NCBI GenBank assembly: GCA_051294905.1
Contig: CM119372.1
Location: forward strand, 2,358,001 to 2,418,000
Direction of reading: 5' to 3'
From: Botryllus schlosseri
Taxonomy: Eukaryota
Length of the DNA stretch: 60,000 nt
Shown here piece after piece: positions 46,601 to 58,600 of the stretch. Every line of letters begins with the position of its first letter. Within the stretch, counting starts at the first letter, position 1. The notes under the pieces were generated by a model. The model saw only the letters and a list, made by a program, of their open reading frames with translations, was not told the DNA's origin and ran no database searches. Made by a program: the position numbers and the translations under genes.

Positions 46601-49600
46601 TGTGTACTGACAAAAAGGACAGAAATAGTTGTGAATCACAATATTTTTGGATTGAGTTGATGAACCAAATAACTAAGCTTCTGTGCTTTTTGGTACAGCC
46701 ATAAACGCGGTGGTGGCGGTAGAAGGTAGATAAGACATATTTTTAGTATAGGCCTACAAATTTTGTGTCACTTTCATTTGTGTGCCTTGGAGTCGACTTT
46801 TCAAAATATGCTAACATAGTCTGTGCCAACAGGAGTTTGCATACCATCTGAAATATACCATCTGAAAAATACATTGCGCTCGAGCGATCTCTCCGCTTCG
46901 ATTATTCATAATATCATGCTGGTGATGTCATACTAGTTGCATCATACATCTTGGCTAGTTGCTGACGATTGCCCCGAACAAGAAACTAGTAATCATTGTG
47001 AGAAAAATAACGTGTTTGTGTACCTGTTGTTGGCAGACTTGGACTTGCGGATGGGACGGCCGTAGTTTGTGTCGGCAAATCATTACACAGATCCCCGTCA
47101 CAACATGATGCATTGCATGAGATGAAAGTTATAGAAAGTTCCTGTGCGAGATCATTGATAGGAACATGGTCGCAAATATTTGTGTTACAAGACACAGCTG
47201 GCAGGCATGATCCGTACGTTACATCAACTGGTGGAAAAAGCAACATAGATTGTTGTAACAATGATTTATTTTTAAAAGGTGTGGATCGCACCATCTACGC
47301 TGAAGCTTGGTACATCGAAGTAAGCCTTGGCATCGACAAGCATACATTTGGATTGAAGTGGGCACGTTTGGACTGATTTTGAGTTGATCAGCACAGTCCC
47401 CATTTGAGGCGTGGTAGCTCTGGTCAAAGTGTAACATTTCAGAGACTCGACGGAATCTGGAAATATGTATCATTGAAAATGTATTCGAACAAATTGAAAT
47501 TAATATTTATGCACCTGTGGGTTCAATTGAAGCTGTTGTCGTGGCAATGGCTGATGAAAAGATAATTGAGAATGACACAATAATGTTGCAACAAAACTGT
47601 TTATACTCACACGGGCCTGATTCTGCGGTGGTCGAAGCTTGGGTTGTAGATTCTAAAGCTATGAAAAATATTATTATATAGTAAGATTTATTACTACTGA
47701 AATATCATGTGTTACGTGACGATGCGTAACTTACGATACATTAGAAACTTTTTCAGTTTTTAGACAGACAGTACAATCATGTAATAACCACATAGATAAG
47801 GTCTACAAAACAATGGCCTGTGATGTATTGAAAACATACATCCATTAAACTCAGCATGACACCATACAGTTTGTCAAAAATGCCAGTTGGTTACATATCA
47901 CGGTGTCAAAGAACAGGACAAAGCAAACTACCTTACTTCGGCCGAATAGTTCCACAACAATTTTAAATTCTTACTCTGTATACAATATTAAAATGAAAAT
48001 GTAAATTATGACGTTATGTGCAAAAGTTTAAAAATAGCAGACATCTGCTCTACTAAAACCAGTAGGTACGCCTTCGAGTTAGTAGCGCTGCCTTCCAATT
48101 TTTGAGCTAAATGTGCTAAAATCAATTGTGGATCTGATATAATTCTGGTCAAGAGTTTGAAAGGAGCTGTTCTATTTCATTTGACATCATGCTGACCACC
48201 AGAGGAAGTTCTGAACTGGCCATATCAAATGCTGCAGATCATTCCACATCCAACATCATGTCACCATTATATTTGTCTATATAGCAAATTAATGGAGCAG
48301 TATGAGAAAATCTAAAAGAATTACCACGAGTGGAAGAAACCATTGCTGAGATGACTGTTGTAGTTTCTAAATCAAAACAATATAATGTTAATAAAACAAG
48401 TGCAACATTATGCATCTATCATCATACCTTTGGTGGTCTCTATCATAGCAGTTGTCAGACTTGTCGGAGTCACTAAAGAGAATTATTTTGTGTACTGGTA
48501 AAAATGACAGAAATAGTTATAGATCAAAATATTTTTGGATCGAGGTGATGAACCAATGAACTGAGCTCTTGTGTTTTTTGGTACAGCCATACCAGCAGTG
48601 GCAGAGATTACCAGTGAACTCGGCCCTCGGGAAATTCGGCCTTCGGGAGATTTTGTAATTTTGTACTATTAATATGAATTATTAAACTACTAATATTATT
48701 ATCGAGTGATTGGTCAATCTCAGACAGGGAAGAATCACGTGCCGTGGTAGATCTCGCAGTGCGAGAGCCTGATATCGAAGACTCCACCACGCACGCTATC
48801 GATTCACCATGATTGGTCACTGGAATTAATCGAATGTAAACATGGAATGGCAACGACGGATTTTGCAGCTTCGTTCCGCTTCGCTGAGGCTATATTCGGA
48901 ATTATTTTGCGGCAGCGACTGTAGGATTTCTGGCAATTCAAAAGTTATCTTCCAGATGGCAGAATTCACTGAATCTGGTCTTGATCAAAAGCTACTGTCG
49001 CACTGATTCCGAAAATATAAATGAAAATATGGTCCCCTTTTCGGATTTCTAAAATATGATAATCCTCGATATTATGGTTGGGGGATATTCATGTCAGGGC
49101 ACCCTAATCTTGGGATACCATAACCCTAACTTGGACCCTAACCCAACACCAACCCTAATATCCCCCTCTTCCAACCCTAATGTCCCTCCTCCCTAGCCCT
49201 AATCTTGGGATACCTTAAACCCAACTTGGACCCCAACCCACCACCAACCCTAATATCCCCCACCCCAACCAAAATATCCCGCCCAACCCTATTATCCCAC
49301 CCCAACCCTAATGTCCCCCTCCCCCAATATCCCCCCTACGCAACCCTGATACCCCACCCCCAAACTACAGTTGAAATAACGAGCAGATCACGCGTGGTTG
49401 ATATGTAAGCGTAGCGTTATCTCCCGCACTTACACAATCCGTGATCACATGATCTAATCACGCCGTGACTACGTGACCCACGCATGCCCTGACCTCCGTA
49501 CAATATTGACGAATCACTTGATAGTAATATTATTAGTTTATTAATTCATATTAATAGTTGTTAATACGTTTAAATACAAAATTTCCCGAGGGCCGAGTTC

Positions 49601-52600
49601 ACCGGCAACCGTGGCAGAATCTAGATAGGAAGCTATATTTTCAATATACAGATTTCGTATCATCTGGAGAGGCCGTTTGCGCTTTGATTTGTGTGCCTTG
49701 GAGTCGACTTTTATCAAAATATGCCAACATAGTCTGTGCTACAGAAGCAGTTTTTGTACCATATAAAAATAATACATTGCGCTCAAGCAATCTCTTCACT
49801 TCGTCATGATAAATATCATGCTGGTGACATCATATTCGGTGGTACCATTGTCGATATACAAAGTTTTTCTGAAATCTCTACTAGTTGCTGACGATTGCAT
49901 TGGACAAGTATCAGTCAAAAATATCGGGGTATATTTCAATATGAATATCATATTCAATTGCATACTGACTATGTTCTCACACAAGTTGAAATACAGGCAA
50001 TTCCTACTGAATGAATACTAGTCAGCTCTCGAGATTACCGGACGTCGATCTGACATATCAACCTCGTCTATCGTCACATGCGTCATTCGTTTTCGTCAGT
50101 CGTTTTATGGTATCCCTTATTTCTTTACATTACAATGTTCATGCCTCTTCGTTACATCGCCTAGGCCTAGGTGGGTGTCTGATTTTAAAGACAACTCCAA
50201 GTCGTTTCGACACCTTCCTATCGTTTCATTGTATCGCAGTCTTGTTGTGTTTTGAAATTATGCAAATTAATAATAAACAGATAATGAATAGAAACGCAAT
50301 CAATCACCCTTACATAAACACCACACTAGTAATCAGTGTGAGAAAAATAACGTGTTGTGTACCTGTTGTTGGTAGACTTGGACTTGCGGATGGGATGGCC
50401 GTAGCTAGTGCCGGCAAATCATTACACAAATCACCGTCACAACATGAGGCATCGCATGAGATGAAATTTAGAGAAAATCCTTGTTCGAGGCCAATGGGAG
50501 GAACAGAGTCGCAGATATTCGTGTTACAAGATACAGCTGGCAGGCATGATCCGTACGTCACATCGACTGATGGAAAAAGCAACATAAATTACAATATTGA
50601 TTGATTTTTAAAAATGTAGATCGCACCATCTACGCTGAAGCCTTGCACATCGACCTTAGCCTTGGCATCAACGAGCATGCATTTGAATTGAGGTAGGCAT
50701 GTTTGGATTGATTTCGTGTCGACCAGCACAGTACCGATGAGCGGCGAGGTAGCTCTAGTCAGAGTGTAACATTTCACGGACTCGACGGAATCTGCAAATG
50801 TACATCGTTGAAAATGGTTTCAAACAAATTGAAATTGACATTTATGCACCTGTGGGTTCAATTGAAGCTGTTGTCGTGAGAATGGCTGACAAAAAGATGA
50901 TAGAAAATGACACGATAATATTGCAACAAAATCTATGACAAAATATTAATAAATAGTAAGAGTTAATACTACTGAAATGTCATGTGATTATGTAAAACTT
51001 TAAAGTTTTTAGACATACAGTACAGTCATGTAGTAATCACATAGATAAGGCGTATAAAGCAATAGCCTGTGATGTATTGAAGACATACCGTACATCAATT
51101 CAACTTAGCATGACGCCACACAGTTTGACAAAATACCAGTTGCTTGTATATCAGGATGCCAGAGAACAGGTCGAGGCAAACTAACGTCCTTTGACCAAAT
51201 ACGGCCCACAACAATTCCTAATTCTTACTGTATGCATTAATAATTAAAACTTACAGAAACAGCACAAAATTTGAATTTTTGAACTCATATGTGCTAAAAT
51301 CAATCGTGGATCAGATCTGATTCTGGACAAGAGTTTGAAAGGAGGTGTTCTATTTCATTACACATCACGCTGAACACCAATGGAAGTTATGAAATGGCCA
51401 TATCAAACGTTACAGATTAATCCGCATCCAGCATCATGCCACCGTAAAATTTGTCTTTATAGCAAATTAATGTAGTATAACAAAATCTAAAAGAATTACC
51501 ACGAGTTGAAGAAACCATTGCGGAGATGACTGTTGTAATTTCTAAATCAAAATAATATAATGTTAAGAAGACAAGTGCAACATCTAGCATTCGTTGTCAT
51601 ACCTTGAGTGGTCTTTACCATCGCAGTTGTCAGACTTGGCGGCTTCACTAAAGAGAATTATTTCGTGTACAACAATGACATAAATAGTTTTAGATGAAAT
51701 GTTTTTTATTGAGTAAGACACAATAGATGAACTACGCTCCTGTTTTTTTGATACAGCCACACGTTTAGAAGCCAGAAAATATCTATTTTCGATACACAGA
51801 TTTCGTGTCATCAAGAGTCGAAAAAGGTTGGGAACCATTGATCTAGAGCAGATGTCTCAAACTCAAATGTGCTTGCGGGCCAATTTCCTACTTTGTGATG
51901 GCGCCGCGGGACGCAGCACCAATAATAGGGGAATTCGATGTATTTTCAAGTAGGCCTTATTTGACGGGACCTTGCAGACTGACATTCCACACGCTTCTTG
52001 AAAATGCGCTTTACTATTGTGAATTCACGCCTGGCACGAAAAAAATCACAGTTTAAAATATTCGAATAAAATTGTTGCTGTACTTGGCATAGTTGCTGTA
52101 TATTTTGTTGTAGACACCATGCGAGAGTACAATTGCACCAGGACATCGTAAAAGCTGTCGCGTTCTAATTTTGCAGTTAGCGGACATTCGACATGTCAAA
52201 TTATAGGTAGAATATTTTAGAATTTTACGAAGATTGATCTGATATCAGAGCATTGGAGCAGTAAAGCCTAATCAATGTTTCGTGCATACTCCTGAAAACA
52301 AGACTATTGATCATGTCATTACCAAAGTCAAATTAAATCAGCGTTAGATTTACCTTCAAATATTGGAACAGATCTATAACAACCTGAATATAATGTTTAC
52401 TGTGCCATAGCAATAAAAATGTCCAATCGACGAAGTATTCGTTGATCTTGCACTGCGTGGTAACTTGAAAGTGATGCAAATTTCCAGTTTTCAAATTAAA
52501 AAAAAAAAGATATTTGGCAGTTAAATATTGTCGAATACTTAGAAATCCAAAATACCGTCGCGGGCCGCGTGTTTGAGACCTAGAGATAGTACATTTCGCT

Positions 52601-55600
52601 TGAGTGATCTCTTAGCCTCGATTATTTGAAATTTCATACCGGTGGCGTCATATTTGGTGATAAGATTGTTGATATACAATGTTCTCTCCAATTCTCTACT
52701 AATTGCTGACGATTAACCATAACCAGTGTCAGTCAAAATCATTCGGGTGTATATCAATGCAAATACACTATTCAATTGATATACAGACAGCTTGAAATTA
52801 TAAATGAGGCAAAACCAAATGACCATGTTACGAAAAATTATGGTGTTTTGGATAACAAATGTGTGATGGGTAAGATCGCTCTATTTGAGGCTACAGGATG
52901 AGATAAAGCAACCAAGGCAATGTCCTTAAAAATCACATCCGGACCTTCAGTGTGGAACAGCATCTTGCCGGCTTTCAAATAGTGGTCGAGCATGTCCACA
53001 TTCAAATCAAAACACAAGCAATTTCTACTGAACCAATACTAGTTAGCCTCAAGATTACAGGACCGCAACCCGACATACCAATCTCGGTTACTGAGACATG
53101 CAGCATTCATTTTGACGCTTACTTTTATGTTATCCTTTCTTTTATCGAGTGTGCATGCCTGTTATTTGTATGCCGTAAGCCAGGGTGGGTGTGATTTGAT
53201 GAAAATTTTAATAAAATGATGAATATTATGATGCCTAATGAATGTTAAACTGTTACACATTTTGTCGTTAGGTTCTTAGTTCGGTTTATGAGCAATTTTC
53301 ATCAGTTTAATACAGCACCAAAATGCGATACAATAAAAAGATAGGAAGGCGTCGAAACGTCTTGGAGTAGCCTTAGCAATCAGACACCCACATTGGCCTA
53401 GGCGATGTAAAGAGGAGGCACACTGAATGAAAAGTAAAAGAAAAAGCAAGCGACAAAAAATTGGGTGGCATGTCATGGAAGGTGAGATCGATAGGTCAGG
53501 TCGTGGTCTGGTAATTTTGAGGACGGACTAGTATTTATTTGGTAGTAATTGCTTGTATTTCGACTTGAATGTGGATTAGGTGAATTATAGATCAGATCAA
53601 AAACCAATTTATTACCATGTTGAGATTTACATAACATTGATTACAACATGGTTTATATTCTGCTCACTGCTTAATGCACAATTAAAAGCAGGGTAGGGTG
53701 CTTGGAAGCGGGAAAAAAATTACCTGACGAAGCGCTTGGTGTCGCAGTAGTGACATCGTTATTGCAGAGATCGGAATCACAGCAGTACGCGTCGCACGAA
53801 TCAAATTCGACAGAAAACCCTTGTCTCCCCACTAAAGGCGATAAAATGTCGCACAAATTCGCCACACACGACAGCGAAGGCACGCAAGATCCGTAAACAA
53901 TTTGAACTGAAATACAAATCAAATGAGACCCAAGACTTCCCTTCTCACTATTGTCAATTCATACCATTCAACGCCAAGCCCGACACGTCAAGTTTGGTCG
54001 CCACATCTGCCAATAAACACCTTGAACCAGCTGGACACGAGTCCACCGTCTTGTTATTGGATATCGTCCCGGTAGTCAACGATGAAATTTTATTAATCGA
54101 ATAGCAGGTCAAAGTTGATATTTCTGGAAGCGAAGGTAAAGATATTAGTAACAAGTTTCCCATATTGTTAGGAGTAAATTACCTTCAACACTGGTTGTTG
54201 TAAGCACTGTGGTCATGCGGCCAATCATAGCTTAAAAACAGTAGTTATTTAATCCTCAAACATTATATCCGCATCCTTACAGTACAAGTGATCTAAAGCA
54301 AATTTTGGCTAAAATCTCGAAATTCGTTATGTATCACAAAATGAGGCCGATTTCTGAGACAAATGACTGAGACATCGTCACGCAGTTATATAGTACTCCT
54401 ATTCAAATCAAATCTTGAATATTTCTCCATATTTGAAGATACTCATGGGGGTACATAACTTCAAAATACAACTGAATGGCATATCCATATCGGAATAAAC
54501 ACCAATATTTTCGACTGACACTCCTCAGGGTAATCGTCAACAACTAGTAAAGATTTGAAAAAAACTGGGTGTGAATGTTTATGTACAAAGTAGTTTTGAA
54601 ATCTCTACTAGTTGCTGACAATTAGCCCTGACAAGTGTCAGACAAAAATATTTAGGATTTCTTTCCAGATCAATGTGTTATTCACTGGTACATTTCCCTA
54701 TATATTTATCAAGAAGTACCTGTTGTAGCTTCAGTGATAGCTACAGTCACTTCAGGCGTTGAGGTTTCTGAAAAGTATAACAAGCATCACGAAATTTATC
54801 AGACCTACACATATCAATGTTGCACTAAATGAAAATAGCAACATGCAATGACTTGACATCCTACATTACATATGCTACTTTTTAAGACAGAGTATGAACG
54901 TTCAACAGCACGTAAATCAATGAAATCGAGGCATTGACAACTTGTTTGAGCCAGGTACATTAATTGATACGTAACTAGGTTGAATTAATGAGTAAATATT
55001 ATCCATGTATTTGCATTTCACAAAGCAGTTAAATATTCTGTAGAGCTCCTTGGAAGCACAGAACTTTAATATACAGTCCAAATGAAGGTGTGAACCGCCT
55101 CTCCCGGCAACACGTAATCTTCTGTCCCGATAATTTTTCACGTCAACAGATTTATCCAACAAATGTTTGCCAATGGCAGAATTTATGGCCTTTGCCTATT
55201 CTGAATAAGGCTTCAGGGGAAAGTCAAGGGTGAGCCTTTCACCGAGCGTAATGAAAGTGTTCTAATAAATCTAGGGACATGCTGTTTTATGCGGTCCTGC
55301 AAACGTTGTTTCGTTTGTCCTACGTAGCCACAATAACAGTGAAACTTATATTTAGAAACTACATTACTTTGTTGAAGTGCAGGAAGAGCGTCTTTGCGTG
55401 TTACAGGGAGCAGTTGGGTTGTTAAAATCATGTTGGTCTTCACTGTTTCATAACACTTACTGAACGCAGCAATCAATAGCTTTTCAAAGCGGGTGGAAAT
55501 AGGATCAATCCATGGTAGACGGATATAAACATCTTCAGTTGTTTGTTCAGTAGGCTCTGTTGACTTTTTTTGCGTTGAATTGCGTTACTTTCCTCTCGGT

Positions 55601-58600
55601 GCAGCGGTTAATGACGTGTTCGGGGTAACTATTTTCAAGTAAGATTTTGCGAATGGTGTCAAGCTCTAAACTCAGTTTGTAACTGGCACATTTCATGCAT
55701 AGACCATGGAATGAAATAGGCATTGAACAAGAAATTCGAAGAATTAGCCACTAAACTCATCGTAGTTCATTGACAGTGATTCTTGGAGGCAGGGAACATG
55801 GATATAGGCTTGCAATTGAATAGGCTATTAAAAATGGTACATTCCACTTTAGTCATCTGTTCGACTTGATTATTTGGATTTTCATGCCGGTGATACGATT
55901 GTTGATATACAATGTTCTTTCCAATTCTCTACTAGTTGCTGACGATTACCCCTGACGAGTGTCAGCCGAAAATATCCGGGTTCATTTCAATATGAATATA
56001 TTATTCAATAGTATATTAAAGTTCTGTACCTCCAAGAAGCTCTTCTATATGAGTACGCAATTATATTCACTGACATTGGAATCACTTACCTGTCGTGCTC
56101 TGCGTGTCTTTAATTGTGCTCGTAGGTTTGGGGCCACCGTTGCAAAGACTGTTATCGCAGCAACGAGCGGCACACGACTTGATGGTCACATCTAGGACCT
56201 GATCAAATGCCGACGAAAGTATGGTGTCGCATGGATCACCACTGCACAATCCTGCCGGCACACAGTTCCCATAATTCGCATCAACTGTTCAGAAAAGGAT
56301 ATTAGTTTATAATCTATGTATACATTATTCGATAAATTTAAGCGTACCATCCATATCAAAACCAAATGTTGCAACTGACGCCTTTGCTTCCGCCGAAACG
56401 CATTTTGAGTTTGAAGGACAAATCACAACCTCAGATATGTCAACTACAACCAATCCGGTCGCAGTCACAACTTTTGACATGCTGTAGCATTGCAACGGAT
56501 CAGTCGGTTCTGTAATATTACCGAAAGTGTAGACAATTAATAGCGTTACAAATAGGGCAATATTTTTTGACATGTTAAAATAAGTAAAAATTTTGTCAAA
56601 ATTGAATACAAAGTCAATATTTTTTTGCAACCTGCATTTCGTTTGTATCGTAGATGCTTGCACTGTCGGTGAACTTGTCATTTAACATTTTACAGCTTGT
56701 AGCCTACAATAGGCCTACCGTTGTAGAGGACATATTGTCTGCTCACGTTTTCTCATGTAAAAATTTGTCAGTTTTCAAGTCAAAAAAGTTTTTACAGGCC
56801 AAACTACTTCGCAAGGACAGACAGTTCCAACGAGAAATGAAGATAAGTAGTACCCTACAATTTTAACATTATGTGCGAAAACACCTAATTTACATACATG
56901 AGGGCAAAATTTTGTGAAAATTAGGTTTTTTGAGGTCAAAAAATGTCCAAATTTTGATTTTTAGGTAAAAAAATCGCCCCAGTTATAAATGAATAATTAA
57001 ATATTGAATAAAGTTCCACAATATTTCAGAAACAAGTAATGAATGACCCCCAATTCAAGATTTTTCCTTAAATATCTGTTTGAGTTCGTGCAACAGTAAT
57101 TTTCAGCTTCTCTTTATTTTTTAAATAACCATGGTCAAAAATATCATCATCATCATCATTTTATCAAAATTTCATCAAATCAAAGCACCACAAGATTGCG
57201 ACACAATAAAACGATAGGAGGGTGCCGAAACAACTTGGAGTACGTAGTCTTTTAATCAGACACCCACCTTGGCCTAGAGCAGTGGTTCCCAACTTTTTTC
57301 TATTCGTCTCTCCCTTATCATGCTCTACACAAATTTTTGTCCCCCCATATTTACGAATCCGAAAAAGGGGGCATATAAATGCCAAATTAATTCAACTTAC
57401 TCTGAGCGCTGGTGAATTAATTGAAAAATGGTCATTTTTCCGAGTGGGTGCTCGGAAAACCAGTTTCCACATCTACTTTCCGTTGAATTGACATTTTTTT
57501 AGTCAACTTTCGCGTCATATGCAGAATAAGCCGTCTTCGCATACACTTTTTGGCCGTGTTGATTAAATACATCACACTGGATGTTCTAACACTTTCGCCC
57601 CATTTGGAATTTTCACCCCTTGTTTCTCGAAATCCCCCACTGTGGGGCGACATCGCCTATGTTGTGAACCACTGGCCTAGAGCAAGTAAATAAGAGGCAT
57701 GCAACTAGATTAAGAAAGGATAACATAAAACAAAGAGGCGAAAATGGATGCGTGTGTCGGTATGCGAGGTCGATATGTCAGATTATGATCTGGTAATCTT
57801 GAACAGTGACTAGCATTGTTATAATGAATCAAACCATTCAGATTCAAAGCTTCAAGCTCGTAAAATTTCAATTTTAGTCACACATCAATCGAAACGCTGT
57901 ACATCGAAAATTCAATTTGTTGATATTAAGCTTTGTGGCCATACCTGCAGTGGTTGGGAGTGTAGCCAGTGGTGACGTAATTTCTTCCGTCTGGCTAATT
58001 GCTTCTATAAAGATTATGAATCAATTTTCTCATTCATATAATACAGCTGTGTCCAAGTTACCTGTTATCTCCTCTTCTGTTGAAGTCAACATGGGTGTTG
58101 TTGAAATTGCTGAAACAATGTCAAGGGAATTATGAATTTATTGAGAAATTGTGGGTTTATTTGAAGCAGCGGTTGGAATGGACTCTGGTTCCGTAACTAT
58201 CAAATGGAGAGCCCTTGTTACAAACAAAGACTAGAAAAGTTGTTTTGGAATAAGTTTACATTATCTTTTGTGCGTGAAATCGTCATAAGAACTGCATGAA
58301 ATAGCCATCAATGTAACCGCTGAATATATAATTGAAGATTGTACATATTTCTCGCATCATTAGTCATTCAGTCATGAGGATGTATCTTGCAATTTGAGAA
58401 GTAGATGCTATCAATTATCTCCCAAAATTATTTAATTGAATAGTTTATTCATATTGAAATGAACCCGAACCTTTTCGGCTGACACTCGTCAGGAGTAATT
58501 ATCAGCATCTAGTAGAGAAATGGAAAGAACATTGTACATCAACAATCGTATCATAAAATGTTACGTCACCGGCATGAAATTCGTTGACACTTGGAAAAGA

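Larger units (their letters stand above)
44630..52780. repeat. Intragenic tandem triplication (LU4-LU6 with spacer exons and introns)
   Basis: Exons of identical length (165/204/45/42 nt) and alignable introns recur at ~45-46.6, 47-48.5 and 50.3-51.7 kb. Confidence 0.9.

Noticed and set aside
50011..50604. 197-aa plus-strand ORF
   Set aside because: Runs through a dispersed repeat and the antisense of the LU4 exon; no coherent protein.
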